Assembly: GCA_964611355.1 (NCBI GenBank)
Contig: CAZSYD010000012.1
Span: forward strand, 1 to 59,917
Direction: 5' to 3'
Origin: an uncultured Ignavibacteriales bacterium
GTDB lineage: Bacteria; Zixibacteria; MSB-5A5; GN15; JAAZOE01
Length of the DNA: 59,917 nt
The notes below the pieces were generated by a model. It worked only from the letters and a program-made list of their open reading frames with translations, was not told where the DNA came from and made no database searches. Positions within the stretch are counted from its first letter, which is position 1. Each line of letters opens with the position of its first letter. Shown here piece by piece: positions 9,279-20,210 of the stretch. The translations under genes were made by a program, and so were the position numbers.

Positions 9279-11366
9279 ATGCTCAATTTTCTAAATACCG
9301 CTGTTCTCGCCCTTGCCGTCGCGGCGTTTTTACCTTTCCTTCTGCATCTCTTTTCCAAAAGGAAAGTTAAGGTAATTCCGTTTTCCTCGATCACCTACCT
9401 TAAAGCGATGCAGAAACGGCAGGTTCGGGCGATTAAGATCAAGCAACTGCTTTTGCTTATTATCCGCACCCTGATTATCCTGGCGGTGGTGATGGCTTTT
9501 GCCCGACCGGCCACGCGGGGCGGGTATCTTGGATCGCACGCCTCGGTTTCGGCCGTAATCCTGATCGACAATTCCGCTTCCATGGGACTGTCGGTCAAAG
9601 ACGGCAGGTTGTATGATCTGGCCGTCAAAAAGGCGGAAGAGGTTTTGAGTCAGATGGGGCAGTCGGACGAAACCGCGATTATGACGACCTCCGGAGATTT
9701 TGCCCGGTCTCAGGGCGAAAACCTGTTCGGCAATCCCGCTGCCGCCCAAGCTGTTCTCGATAAAATCTCCCTGACCGACGGTCGAGCCGATCTGGTGGAA
9801 AACTTTAATATGGCGATTTCGGTTTTGGCCGAACGTTTGAATCTGAATCGAGAGATATATGTGATCAGCGATTTCCAGGAAAATTCTTTTGATCCTGAAA
9901 AGACCCTGCAAAAAAACGACGCCAAAATTTTTCTGGCCGATCTGCCCGGAGAAAGAATCGACAATGTCAGCGTTATCGAGGTTGATTTCGGTAACCAGCT
10001 TATCGAAGTCGGAACCGAGTTTACCGTTACGGCGGCAATAAAACGACGCTCGGGAGCCCAGGATGAAACGTTGGCGTCGCTTTATCTTGACGATAAGCGA
10101 ATTGCTCAGCAGGGCTTGCGGCTTGGGATCGGCGAGTCGGTTTCTGCGCCGTTCAATGTCATGGTCAATGACCCCGGATTCCATTCGGGATATGTTACCC
10201 TGTCAGACGATGATCTGCTGGCGGACAATACGTATTACTTCAGTTTTTATATCCCCGAACGGTTTACGATTCTGCTGGTCGGTGAAGAACGCCTCGATAC
10301 GCGACTTTTCCGGCTGGCCCTGGCCCCGGAGAAAAACCTGCGCAGTCATTGGACAGTCCGGCAGGTTACATACGAAAAATTCGCTTCGGTGAATCTGAAG
10401 CAATACGACGTTTTGATGATGGTTGACTATCCGACTCTTCCGGAAGGTGATGTCGCCCGAATCAGGGAGTATGTCAAAAAAGGCGGCGGCCTGCTTCTGA
10501 ACCTTGGCCAGGCGTCCGATTCGGCGCATTACGGCCGGTATTTTGCCGAGATTACCGGCGTGAATCTGGTTTCCGCTTTCCCGAGGCAGTTTTCACGCAG
10601 CGGGTATTATCTAATGACTGATTTCGACCTGGAACACCAGATTCTGTCGGTCTTCAAAGGAACCGACCGGAAAAACAGGTTTGATTTCAAATCATTCGCC
10701 CTGATAAAATGCGCTTTGGCTGATGATTCTCAGGCGCGCATTCTTGCCCGCTGGTCGGACGGCTCGCCAGCTGTGGCGGTTTCCTCATTCGGGCGGGGCA
10801 GGGTGATGTTTTTCAACGGCGATATCTCGCCCGATATATCGGATATTCCCCTGCATCCGTTTTTTGTACCTTTTGTGGTGCGTTCGGCTGAATTTTTATC
10901 GTCGAGATTTTCCTCTCATACCGAGTCAATTACGTCAGGCAGTTCACCGACGAGAGTCCTGCGCGGCGGCTTTAATATCGGAAACGATTATATCCTGACG
11001 ATGCCGGACGGTCGCCGCCGAATCGTAGCCGGGGAATTTCGCGATAATACGCGAACCGTAGATTGCGGCCGACTGGACCGGAGCGGCGTATATTCGATAT
11101 GGAACGGGATGCGCGAGAGCGACCGCTTTGCGGTTAATATCTCTCCCGAAGAAGGAGACCTTTACCGTAAAGACCGGAACGAACTGACGGATTGTTTTCG
11201 GGATGCCGAAAAGATGCCGTACTCTGCCGACCTGGCCGGTTTTATTGCCGAAAAGCGATTCGGCCGGGAACTGTGGCAATATTTTCTTGCCTGTGCTTTA
11301 ATCCTGCTGGTTCTGGAAATGTATATCGCCCGTGACCGGGGCGCGGCCCTTCCATCCGACGAATAG
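9279..11366 (+). CDS. BatA N-terminal/VWA domain membrane protein
   Basis: N-terminal PFLLHL..IPFSS..LLLIIR..AFARP, MIDAS-like DNSASM, ISDFQ, and C-terminal ELWQY..LE TM helix. Confidence 0.85.
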   Translation: MLNFLNTAVLALAVAAFLPFLLHLFSKRKVKVIPFSSITYLKAMQKRQVRAIKIKQLLLLIIRTLIILAVVMAFARPATRGGYLGSHASVSAVILIDNSASMGLSVKDGRLYDLAVKKAEEVLSQMGQSDETAIMTTSGDFARSQGENLFGNPAAAQAVLDKISLTDGRADLVENFNMAISVLAERLNLNREIYVISDFQENSFDPEKTLQKNDAKIFLADLPGERIDNVSVIEVDFGNQLIEVGTEFTVTAAIKRRSGAQDETLASLYLDDKRIAQQGLRLGIGESVSAPFNVMVNDPGFHSGYVTLSDDDLLADNTYYFSFYIPERFTILLVGEERLDTRLFRLALAPEKNLRSHWTVRQVTYEKFASVNLKQYDVLMMVDYPTLPEGDVARIREYVKKGGGLLLNLGQASDSAHYGRYFAEITGVNLVSAFPRQFSRSGYYLMTDFDLEHQILSVFKGTDRKNRFDFKSFALIKCALADDSQARILARWSDGSPAVAVSSFGRGRVMFFNGDISPDISDIPLHPFFVPFVVRSAEFLSSRFSSHTESITSGSSPTRVLRGGFNIGNDYILTMPDGRRRIVAGEFRDNTRTVDCGRLDRSGVYSIWNGMRESDRFAVNISPEEGDLYRKDRNELTDCFRDAEKMPYSADLAGFIAEKRFGRELWQYFLACALILLVLEMYIARDRGAALPSDE

Positions 11367-11368
11367 CC

Positions 11369-13252
11369 ATGCTTCTTGTATCCCTGTCAAATATCACGAA
11401 GAGATTTAATGATCAACTGATTATTGAAAACGGCTCGCTGGCTGTTACCGAGGGAGATAAAATCGGGCTGGTCGGCCGCAACGGAGCCGGCAAAACTACC
11501 CTCTTTAATATCATCTCCGAAAAGATAAGTCCCGATTCGGGGTCGGTTGACCGCAGGAAAGGAATCAGAATCGGCGGCGTCGTGCAGGAGCTGGAAGATT
11601 ATCTGGAACTTTCGCTTTTCGATTTTTGCTTTTTGACGCATCCGGAAATAAATGATATCCGTCTACAGATGGCCAAACTGGAACCGGTGATGGCCGACGA
11701 TAATCCTCCCGATGAAATGGTTAACGAATATCACGGACTGACGCAAAAATACGAGGAACTCGGAGGCTACCGGCTTGAAACGGAGGTTAAACTGGCGCTG
11801 GAGGGGATCGGATTTTCCCGTCGCCAGATCAACCGGCAACTGAGTTCGGTCTCCGGCGGAGAGCGCAATCGCGCTCAGATTGCGGCGTCTTTGGTCGGAG
11901 AATATGATCTTTTACTTCTTGACGAACCGACCAATCATCTTGATATCGATTCCACTATCTGGCTGGAAAATCATATCGCCAACTCCCGGGCCGCCTATAT
12001 GATTATCTCGCATGATCGGCGTTTCCTGCAAAATACAACCGAAAAGATTGTCCGTCTGTCTCTTGGCAGGCTGGAACTGTTTCATTGCCGCTACGACCAA
12101 TATCTCGAAGAAAGAAAGAAACGCGAGGAACTGACGGAGCATCATTATCGCCATCAGGCCGAGGAGATTGCCCGCATCGAGGATTTTATCCGGCGCAATA
12201 TCGCCGGGCAGAAAACAAAGCAGGCGCAATCAAAACAAAAATACCTAACCCGCCTTAAACGAATCGAAAAACCGCGTTTCGAACGGGCCCAATCAGCTTT
12301 TCATATAAAAGACGGCGGCAGGTCGTTCAAACAAGTACTCAAGGTTGAAGATATGGCCATAGGGTACGGCGGCGTCCCGCTGGTCGAAGATATTTGTTTT
12401 GAACTTACACGGGGCGACCGGATTGGCCTGGTTGGTCCGAACGGATGCGGCAAGACGACGCTTCTCAAGACTCTGGATGGTTTTTTGGAACCGGTCGCCG
12501 GCCGGTTAACCGTCGGCAGCAACGTTGACGTCGCTTATTTCGATCAAGAGCTTTCCAATATCGACCCCTGTCGTGACGTTATCTCCGAATTATGGGAAGT
12601 TGATCCTCTGGCCGAGTCAGGGCGTTTGCGCTCTTTTCTGGCTCGTTTCGGATTTTCCGGGGAGAATGTTTTCAAATCGGTTTCCCTGCTTTCCGGCGGC
12701 GAAAGAACAAAACTTTCGCTGGCCAAAATACTTTATCGCCCGGCCAACATGATGATCTTTGACGAGCCGACCAACCATCTCGATATCATCTCGATTGAGG
12801 CCCTTGAGGAAGGTTTGGCCGGTTACCACGGCACCCTTTTTGTAGTCAGCCACGACCGTGATTTCCTTGACCGGGCGGTAAACAGAATCTTTGAAATCGA
12901 TAACGGCCGGCTCTATTGCTATCTGGGCAACTACAGCGATTATGCTGAAAAGAAGAGCCGGGAAACGGCTTCCCAAAAAGTTGTTTCGGGGAAAAAGAAA
13001 ACCACGTACGAAGAATTTAAGGAAAAGTCGCGCCGCCGGTCTCGCTACAGAAAAAGACTGGAGCAAATCGTCCGGGAGATATCCCAACTGGAAAAACGCT
13101 GCCTGAGACTCGAGAAAGATGAACTTGCGGTTGATGCCTCCGACTGGGAACGGTTGCACGCCGTCAGGGAAGAAAGAAAAACGCTGGAAGAAAAGGTACT
13201 GGGTCTTTATATCGAGAAGGAAGCCATGGAAAAGGAACCGCCCGATGAATAA
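11369..13252 (+). CDS. ABC-F family ATPase
   Basis: Two ABC domains (GRNGAGKTT, GPNGCGKTT, two DEPTNHLD), no TM segments, C-terminal coiled coil. Confidence 0.93.
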   Translation: MLLVSLSNITKRFNDQLIIENGSLAVTEGDKIGLVGRNGAGKTTLFNIISEKISPDSGSVDRRKGIRIGGVVQELEDYLELSLFDFCFLTHPEINDIRLQMAKLEPVMADDNPPDEMVNEYHGLTQKYEELGGYRLETEVKLALEGIGFSRRQINRQLSSVSGGERNRAQIAASLVGEYDLLLLDEPTNHLDIDSTIWLENHIANSRAAYMIISHDRRFLQNTTEKIVRLSLGRLELFHCRYDQYLEERKKREELTEHHYRHQAEEIARIEDFIRRNIAGQKTKQAQSKQKYLTRLKRIEKPRFERAQSAFHIKDGGRSFKQVLKVEDMAIGYGGVPLVEDICFELTRGDRIGLVGPNGCGKTTLLKTLDGFLEPVAGRLTVGSNVDVAYFDQELSNIDPCRDVISELWEVDPLAESGRLRSFLARFGFSGENVFKSVSLLSGGERTKLSLAKILYRPANMMIFDEPTNHLDIISIEALEEGLAGYHGTLFVVSHDRDFLDRAVNRIFEIDNGRLYCYLGNYSDYAEKKSRETASQKVVSGKKKTTYEEFKEKSRRRSRYRKRLEQIVREISQLEKRCLRLEKDELAVDASDWERLHAVREERKTLEEKVLGLYIEKEAMEKEPPDE

Positions 13253-13826
13253 AGGATTTCGTGTGCTCGGCCTGTCCGGTTCGCCGGTTATGGGAAGCTC
13301 AACCGAGATGCTAATCAAAGAGGTTCTGCGGGGGGCCGAGTCATGCGGCGCAAAAACCGATTATATCCTTATCAATGAACTTGATATCATGCCCTGCCAG
13401 GCCTGCGGCTGCTCGCCCGATGACAGGTACTGCTTCTTTAGCGATGGGATGGATATTATCTATGAAAAATTCGACGGTTGTGATGCCGTCGTCGTCGGCT
13501 CGCCGATCTATTTTGATTCGGTTTCCGCTCAAACCAAATTGTTTATCGACCGCACCAACTGCTTCCGAATTTTGACGCCGAGTGGCAATAAAAAGTTTAT
13601 CAGGCGAATTACAAAGAAAAGAAGAGGGGCAATTATTCTTGTCGGCGGTGAAAGAGAAGATTACGAGCATGCCCGCAGGGTAATAGGCGGTTTTTTCGTC
13701 TGGGCCGGCATTGAGCCGGTCGGTATGGTCAACTACGCATACAACGGTTTTGAAAAAGGAACGGTTAAGAGCAATCCCGATCTTATGAAAAAGGCGTTCG
13801 GTCTGGGTATAAAGCTGACAGGATGA
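13245..13826 (+). CDS. Flavodoxin-like / iron-sulfur flavoprotein
   Basis: GSP..GSST, CQACGC..C cluster and GSPIYF..VSAQTKLFIDR. Start moved to ATG 13245, overlapping the ABC-F stop. Confidence 0.85.
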   Translation: MNKGFRVLGLSGSPVMGSSTEMLIKEVLRGAESCGAKTDYILINELDIMPCQACGCSPDDRYCFFSDGMDIIYEKFDGCDAVVVGSPIYFDSVSAQTKLFIDRTNCFRILTPSGNKKFIRRITKKRRGAIILVGGEREDYEHARRVIGGFFVWAGIEPVGMVNYAYNGFEKGTVKSNPDLMKKAFGLGIKLTG

Positions 13827-13853
13827 GTGATTAAAGGCAAACTTACCGGACAT

Positions 13854-13887
13854 AAAAAAACCGCCCCAAAGCTATGGGGCGATTTTT
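13854..13887. terminator. Bidirectional terminator between convergent genes
   Basis: A7, stem CGCCCCA/TGGGGCG, then T5. Confidence 0.8.
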
Positions 13888-13919
13888 ATTGGTAGGGGAG
13901 GGGTTAATATTTATAAACT

Positions 13920-14681
13920 TTATTGTCTGCGAAACCTGCTGCGCAGGCCCAGTCCGGCCAGTCCAAGACCAAGAAGCATCATCGTCGCCGGTTCCGGAAT
14001 GACGCCATCGGTTATGCCGGTTACCGTCAGCATAGTAAAGTCGATACCGACGTGATCGGAACCGAAATCATTGAACCAGTTGTCAAAATAAACGTCAAGA
14101 GCGCCGTCGGCCAAAAGAGAGAGATCGACGGCATAGGTGAACAGGCCGGAACCCCAGGTTCCCTGGTTAATCGTCAGGAAATCCACGACCTCGATACCGT
14201 CAAGGAAGAGATGACTGAGGCCGCCAAAACAATTTTGCTGCAGACCGGTGATGTCGATGGTAAAGTAGGCTTCGGTCAGGTAGTCAAACTGCGCCATGTT
14301 AAAAGAATGTAAAAAACTAACGTCGAAGTTATCCTCGATATCGGTCGACTGGGCGCCGTTGACGGCATTTATTTCTTCCTGGGAGCGATTGTCAAACTGC
14401 CAGCCATAACCGTTTACGAACGGTAAATCGTCGCCGTCGCCCACAACGTCATGACCGTAACCATATCCGTCATTATCGCCGATCATATCGGTAATCGTCA
14501 GCAGGGAATTATCCTTATTGTCTCCCAGGCGCTTGTAGATATTTTCGCCCCTGAGGTCGATTTTCTGGTAATGGCGGACATCGCCCGATAATCCGGTGAT
14601 AATCGGCTGGTTCATGGCCCGGGCTGATAGCGAAAGCCCAAAGACGATAAAGATTATTATTATGAAAAATGGCTTTTTCAT
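13920..14681 (-). CDS. PEP-CTERM sorting domain surface protein
   Basis: Signal peptide; C-terminal IPEPATMMLLGLGLAGLGLRSRFRRQ (PEP, TM helix, basic tail); AGGAG SD before ATG 14681. Confidence 0.9.
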   Translation of the reverse strand: MKKPFFIIIIFIVFGLSLSARAMNQPIITGLSGDVRHYQKIDLRGENIYKRLGDNKDNSLLTITDMIGDNDGYGYGHDVVGDGDDLPFVNGYGWQFDNRSQEEINAVNGAQSTDIEDNFDVSFLHSFNMAQFDYLTEAYFTIDITGLQQNCFGGLSHLFLDGIEVVDFLTINQGTWGSGLFTYAVDLSLLADGALDVYFDNWFNDFGSDHVGIDFTMLTVTGITDGVIPEPATMMLLGLGLAGLGLRSRFRRQ

Positions 14682-14751
14682 CCTATCTCTCCTGATCCAA
14701 GACAAGCAAGGAATCAAAAATGTTATTTATATCTCTTCGAGCATATTTTCC

Positions 14752-14767
14752 TGCAAAGGTCATACCA
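14752..14767 (-). promoter_or_regulatory. Sigma54 (-24/-12) promoter of the PEP-CTERM gene
   Basis: Minus strand TGGTATGACCTTTGCA, i.e. GG-N10-GC. Confidence 0.7.
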
Positions 14768-15252
14768 ATATCTCTTCCAAGTCATATTATTTTATATGGC
14801 TTGCATGAATAAAGGGCTTTTAATGACCTATTTATGTGCTCCGACATTGCGGTTGCTGTTTTGCCTTGCGGTTTCCCCTATAATCGGTTGGCATTATGGA
14901 GAATAGAATATCCCGGAAATATGATTGCCATGTTCGATTTTTGAACAACCTTGGTGTTTGCAGCCTTGCAGGATGGCGGGATTTGAACCAAAAATAAATT
15001 CAGACGGAATTTATAGTCAAGGAATGTTCAAACTCTGCATCTAATTGCTTTCTTATGTCGGTCAATGTGTCTTATAATTCTTATATTGCCGCTATCTACT
15101 TGATTTCGGCTTTCAAAACAGTATATTTTATGACTAAAATTTCCGGAAATAATCGGCCGGTTTTTTGGAAGCGAGTTATCCCGCATTGACTTACCTGGGC
15201 ACAGGGAAGTCGGTTAGAGGACGGTTCCGTTCACAGGCATCGGGGGATACAA

Positions 15253-16227
15253 ATGATTTACAGCTTTGAATCCGACGGCTCCGAATTTGACGATTTTATC
15301 GGAATTCTTTCGGATCAGTCGCTTGACTACGAAGTCATAAAGCGGGACAAAATCGTAGTCAGGATTTTCGGTTGCGTAAACGATGATCTCCGACAGCGGC
15401 TTGACAGGGCTTCGGGCAGAAGCAGCAGGATTACGCTGAAGAAAACCGGGGAAGAATCCATATCCATCAGTAATTTTACGACCGGGGAAAAGCTGTTTAT
15501 CGCCGGGCCCTGTTCGGTGGAATCGGAAGAGCAACTGGAAACGACGGCGCGCTTTCTTTCGGGACTGGGAATAAAATATCTTCGCGGGGGGGCCTTCAAA
15601 CCGCGCACCAATAGTAATTCTTTTCAGGGATTGGGCCGAACCGGGCTGAAGATCATATCCTCGGTGGCAAAAAAATATAATATGAAAGTGGTCACCGAAG
15701 TGATGGATCGTTCCCAGCTCGATGACGTCGCGCACTATGCCGACATCATTCAGGTCGGCTCGCGCAACATGTTCAACTACTCTCTTCTGACCGCCCTGGG
15801 AGCGGTCGCCGGGCCGGTGCTTCTTAAGCGGGGGATGGCCGCCACGATTGACGAATGGGTTCACGCCTCCGACTATATTCGCAAAGGGGGCAACGAGCAG
15901 ATAATCCTCTGCGAGCGCGGTATCCGAACCTTTGAACCGCGAACACGCTTTACGCTCGATATTCTGGCGGTTACGATCGCCAGGAAACTGAGCGGCCTGC
16001 CTGTGATCGTCGACGTTTCCCACGCCGCAGGGCAAAGAGATCTTGTCCCACCGCTAATCAGAGCTTCCCTGGCCGCCGGAGCCGACGGCATCATGGTCGA
16101 AGTCCACCCCGATCCGGAAAAAGCTCTCTCGGACGGTTCCCAATCGATGACATTCGACGGTTTCGAATCGGTTTTTAATCAGATAAAAGAGATAAAGTTC
16201 GGCGTTCCGACCAACCGGGACGCATAG
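15253..16227 (+). CDS. aroF: DAHP synthase type I-beta
   Basis: IAGPCSVES, RGGAFKPRT, QVGSRNM, LLKRG, CERGIRTFE and EVHPDP motifs. Confidence 0.88.
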   Translation: MIYSFESDGSEFDDFIGILSDQSLDYEVIKRDKIVVRIFGCVNDDLRQRLDRASGRSSRITLKKTGEESISISNFTTGEKLFIAGPCSVESEEQLETTARFLSGLGIKYLRGGAFKPRTNSNSFQGLGRTGLKIISSVAKKYNMKVVTEVMDRSQLDDVAHYADIIQVGSRNMFNYSLLTALGAVAGPVLLKRGMAATIDEWVHASDYIRKGGNEQIILCERGIRTFEPRTRFTLDILAVTIARKLSGLPVIVDVSHAAGQRDLVPPLIRASLAAGADGIMVEVHPDPEKALSDGSQSMTFDGFESVFNQIKEIKFGVPTNRDA

Positions 16228-16244
16228 ACGGTATTCTTTTTTTC

Positions 16245-17639
16245 ATGTCCAGCCCGCGGTATAAAACAGAGATTGATATCGAGCCGATAATGGAAGATAT
16301 TATCCGGCTTGTCAGTCTGGCCGGTGAGAACCGGCTGAGTCTGCCGTTTGTTATTGAACGCCCCATGCCTGAGATCGATATTGCCGCTTGGCTGGCCGGG
16401 CAGTCGGCGGAGCAAAAGTCTTACTGGCGAGGACGCGACGGCCGGATTGAAATCGGCGGCATCGGCATCGCATTCTCCTTGAAATCGGACGCGACTCAAT
16501 CGTCCGCCCATAAAGCGAGCGGGATTCTAAAACTTCTTTCCGACGATAAGCTGATTTTTCTTGGCGGGCGGCGTTTTTCATCTTCTGAAAATAAAGAAGC
16601 CGCCGGTCCGACTTGGCAGAATTTCGCTCATGACATCTCTTTTATTCCGGAGAAATTCATATTCAGACAGGAAAATAATTATTCGTTCAGATATTGTTTT
16701 CCTATAGTGCCGGATGCCGATTATAAAAAAATAGTTTCCAGCGTTGAAAAGCTCTTAAACCTGGATATATTCTCGACTACCGACCGACCGGAGAAAAAAG
16801 TTCTCGTACCGTTACAAGTTGAGCATTACCCCGATCGCGACGGCTGGGAGCGTAATGTCCTGGAGGTTTTATCGGCAATTTCTTCAGGCCGCGTGGAAAA
16901 AGTAGTCCTTGCCCGGCGAAGCGATTTTTATTTTAATGAAAAGATCGACTGTTTTTCGCTTTTTTCATTTCTTCGGCGACGCAACCCAAGCTGCTATGCC
17001 ATGCTTTACCAGCCAGGTCCTGATATGGCATTTATCTCGCTCAGCCCCGAGAGACTGTTTTACCGTAATGGAAGTATGCTTCAAATCGACGCTTTGTCCT
17101 CAACGGTTATCAGGGGCGAAACCGGGACCGAAGATCACTTGCTGGAAACATATCTGCGGGAAAGCGAAAAGGAAAGGCGTGAACATCAATACGTGATTGA
17201 CGATATTGCCGACCGGATTGTCCCCTTTTTACGTGACCGGGCGCAGGTTAGCGATACGTCCGTTATGAAGCTTGAGCGCCTGCAGCATCTCAAGACAACG
17301 ATTGCCGGCGAACTGAATAACGGCATCAGTGATAGTCAAATCCTCGATCAACTTCATCCCACCGCGGCGGTCGGCGGCATGCCGCGCCGGGAATCCCTGG
17401 AGCTTATTAATAAGCTGGAACCGTTTGAACGCGGGTGGTATGGCGCTCCTTTCGGATATATGAGCGGCAAGGAAACCGAATTTGCCGTCGCTATCCGATC
17501 GGCGCTGGTGCGCGGCAGGACCGTGTCGGTCTTTACGGGGGCGGGTATTGTCGCCGGTTCCGAGCCGGAGGCCGAATGGCGCGAACTTGATAGTAAAAAT
17601 ATCCTGAACCCTTTTCTCACCGACGCGGTGGTCAGGTGA
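16245..17639 (+). CDS. menF: Isochorismate synthase
   Basis: KVVLAR, SPERL, KERREH, LHPTAAVGG, RGWY and FAVAIRS motifs; men cluster context. Confidence 0.9.
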   Translation: MSSPRYKTEIDIEPIMEDIIRLVSLAGENRLSLPFVIERPMPEIDIAAWLAGQSAEQKSYWRGRDGRIEIGGIGIAFSLKSDATQSSAHKASGILKLLSDDKLIFLGGRRFSSSENKEAAGPTWQNFAHDISFIPEKFIFRQENNYSFRYCFPIVPDADYKKIVSSVEKLLNLDIFSTTDRPEKKVLVPLQVEHYPDRDGWERNVLEVLSAISSGRVEKVVLARRSDFYFNEKIDCFSLFSFLRRRNPSCYAMLYQPGPDMAFISLSPERLFYRNGSMLQIDALSSTVIRGETGTEDHLLETYLRESEKERREHQYVIDDIADRIVPFLRDRAQVSDTSVMKLERLQHLKTTIAGELNNGISDSQILDQLHPTAAVGGMPRRESLELINKLEPFERGWYGAPFGYMSGKETEFAVAIRSALVRGRTVSVFTGAGIVAGSEPEAEWRELDSKNILNPFLTDAVVR

Positions 17640-19363
17640 AATCGGCCAATGTAAATATCTTTTTTGCGCGACTTATAATCGATCACCTGGTGCGTCGGGG
17701 AGTAAAACTTTTTTGCCTTTCGCCCGGTTCGCGATCCGCTCCGTTGGTTATGTCGGTAACTGAGCATCCCGATACTGATGTCAGAGTCATCATCGACGAG
17801 CGCGCCGCCGGGTACTTCGCCGTCGGGTACGCACGGGCAACAGGTCAACCGGGGGCGGTTATATGTACCTCCGGCACGGCGGCGGCTAATTTCTTCCCCT
17901 CGGCGGTGGAAGCGTATCAATCGCGGCTGCCGGTGATATATCTCACCGCCGATCGTCCTGATGAACTTCAGGATTGCGGCGCCAACCAGAGCATAAACCA
18001 GAAAAAATTATTCGGCGTTTATGCGCCCTCAAGTATAACGCTCGAAGCTCCCGACGATAACACCGATCCGTATATTGTTCTCTCGGCAATCAATGATGCG
18101 CTGCATAGTCAAACGACGCCGGTTCATATCAATTGCCGTTTCCGCGAACCGCTGGCTCCGACAGCCGAAGAATACGATTTTGAGAAACTGCAATCTCGAG
18201 TCGAACAATGGTATACCGCGCGTGATAATAATACGCCCGGGCGCAGCCACGATATTTCGCAGGAAGCGGCAAAGGCAGCATCAAAGATAAAAAAAAAGAA
18301 TCATGGCCTGATCGTCGCCGGGCCGGAGCCGCCTTTCAGGAAAACCAAAAAGATATTTGACCTGGCCGACGCACTCGGCTGGCCGGTGGCGGCTGATATC
18401 CTTTCCCAGCACAGGTTCAACCCTAACAATAACCTGTGTGGTTTATACGACCTTTACCTTTACAGCGAACGATTGACAAAATCGTTTCGCCCCGATATGG
18501 TGATTCATATTGGCGGTCTGCCGACTTCAAAACGTCTAAACCAATTTCTGCATCGTTATAGGGGCATCGACTATATAAAGATCCAAAACCACGATCGAAC
18601 CATCGACCCGGATCGTCTGGAAACCGACAGGATTGTGGGCGACCCGGATGAGTTTATCGAAGAACTAATTCTCAACCTTCAGCAAGAAAATAATTCATCG
18701 AATAATAAAAACTGGCAGGACGCCGAAGCCGAATGCTCGCGTTTGCTTCAAGACTATTTCGATAATGGTTCTCTCTCCGAACCGGCCGTGGCATGGCAGA
18801 TCGGCAAAGTGATAACCGACGGCGAGGCGCTTTATTTGTCTAACAGCATGCCGGTGCGTGACGCCGACGGCTTTATCATACCTGTATTAAAAGATATTCC
18901 CGTTGGAGCCAATCGCGGCGCCAGCGGTATCGACGGCGTGATCGCTTCCGCCTGCGGCTTTGCGGCCGGAAGTCGCCGCCCGACGACCCTTTTGATCGGC
19001 GATCTCGCCTTTATCCATGACTTGAATTCACTCGATATTGCGGCCCGGTCGGACTATCCGGTCGTTATCGTTGTCATCAACAACAACGGCGGCGGCATTT
19101 TTCATTTTCTGCCGGTTGTCAAATTTCAAGATGCTTTTGAAGATTATTTCGGCACTCCTCACGGATTGTCTTTTGAACGTGCGGCCGAAATGTTTGACCT
19201 GCCGTATTATCACCCTGCGACGATCGACCGGTTTCAATCTTTCTATCGTCAGGCCCGAAACAACGGAAAATCAGCGGTAATTGAGATTACCATTGATCGG
19301 CGAGAAAATTTCGCCGAGCACGAGGCAATTCGAAATTACCTGCATCAGCGTCTAAAATTATAA
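17636..19363 (+). CDS. menD: SEPHCHC synthase
   Basis: SPGSRSAPL, DER, TSGTA, TADRP, NRGASGIDG and NNNGGGIF motifs. Confidence 0.96.
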   Translation: MKSANVNIFFARLIIDHLVRRGVKLFCLSPGSRSAPLVMSVTEHPDTDVRVIIDERAAGYFAVGYARATGQPGAVICTSGTAAANFFPSAVEAYQSRLPVIYLTADRPDELQDCGANQSINQKKLFGVYAPSSITLEAPDDNTDPYIVLSAINDALHSQTTPVHINCRFREPLAPTAEEYDFEKLQSRVEQWYTARDNNTPGRSHDISQEAAKAASKIKKKNHGLIVAGPEPPFRKTKKIFDLADALGWPVAADILSQHRFNPNNNLCGLYDLYLYSERLTKSFRPDMVIHIGGLPTSKRLNQFLHRYRGIDYIKIQNHDRTIDPDRLETDRIVGDPDEFIEELILNLQQENNSSNNKNWQDAEAECSRLLQDYFDNGSLSEPAVAWQIGKVITDGEALYLSNSMPVRDADGFIIPVLKDIPVGANRGASGIDGVIASACGFAAGSRRPTTLLIGDLAFIHDLNSLDIAARSDYPVVIVVINNNGGGIFHFLPVVKFQDAFEDYFGTPHGLSFERAAEMFDLPYYHPATIDRFQSFYRQARNNGKSAVIEITIDRRENFAEHEAIRNYLHQRLKL

Positions 19364-19379
19364 TTTGATTTGATCTTTT

Positions 19380-20180
19380 ATGGCCCGACTGTCAATAACG
19401 TGGCAATACTATAATCATGGAGATCCCGGGGCTATTCCGGTTCTTTTTCTCCACGGTTTTATGGGGAGCGGACAGGTGTGGCTTCCAACTATGCGGCAGC
19501 TTCTTGCTGAAATGTATTCCATCGCCGTTGATTTGCCGGGTCATGGAAAAACAGTCGCCGATTTAGAGAACCTTGACTTCGACTCGCTTTCCGATGGTCT
19601 TATCGACTTTATCGATATTCATATCGGTAATCCGGTAGTTCTGGTTGGTTATTCCCTCGGGGGCAGGATAGCACTGCATGCGGCATTAAAATACCCGGAC
19701 CGGTTTATCGGCTTGGCGCTCGAATCGACCACGGCCGGGATAGAAAACGATACGGAACGCCTGGACAGGTTGTCGGAAGATAAAATGATTGCAGAGCAAT
19801 TGCGTCGGAGCGATATGGCCACGTTTCTGACTGACTGGTATAAACAACCTGTCTTTGCATCGCTGCCGCCGGATTTGAAGGAAGGCATTATTAACGGAAA
19901 AATCGATAACCACCCCGAGAATTTGGCTCGTATTCTGGTGCGCCTGTCTCAGGGGATTCAACCGCCTTTGTGGAATCGGTTATGTAAGTGGGACAAACCG
20001 ACCCTGATAGTCGCCGGTGAAAAGGATAAAAAATATACCGATATTGCTGCCCGGATGTTGTCCCTGATTGAATCGTCCGCCCTGAAAATAATCCCTGACG
20101 CGGGGCATATTGCGCATCTGGAAAACAATGAGGAATTCGTTGCGGCCTTGAATTCTTTTCTCGGTTCCTATATCTTGTAA
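19380..20180 (+). CDS. menH: SHCHC synthase (alpha/beta hydrolase)
   Basis: LHGFMGS, DLPGHG, GYSLGGR and GH..H motifs. Confidence 0.9.
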   Translation: MARLSITWQYYNHGDPGAIPVLFLHGFMGSGQVWLPTMRQLLAEMYSIAVDLPGHGKTVADLENLDFDSLSDGLIDFIDIHIGNPVVLVGYSLGGRIALHAALKYPDRFIGLALESTTAGIENDTERLDRLSEDKMIAEQLRRSDMATFLTDWYKQPVFASLPPDLKEGIINGKIDNHPENLARILVRLSQGIQPPLWNRLCKWDKPTLIVAGEKDKKYTDIAARMLSLIESSALKIIPDAGHIAHLENNEEFVAALNSFLGSYIL

Positions 20181-20210
20181 AATAATCATATTAATATAGA
20201 GGAGTTACCA

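Noticed and set aside
15190..15240. GGGAAGTCGGT upstream of aroF resembling part of a cobalamin riboswitch
   Set aside because: The remaining conserved elements (CCCGC.ACTGT, AG.CAG) were not found
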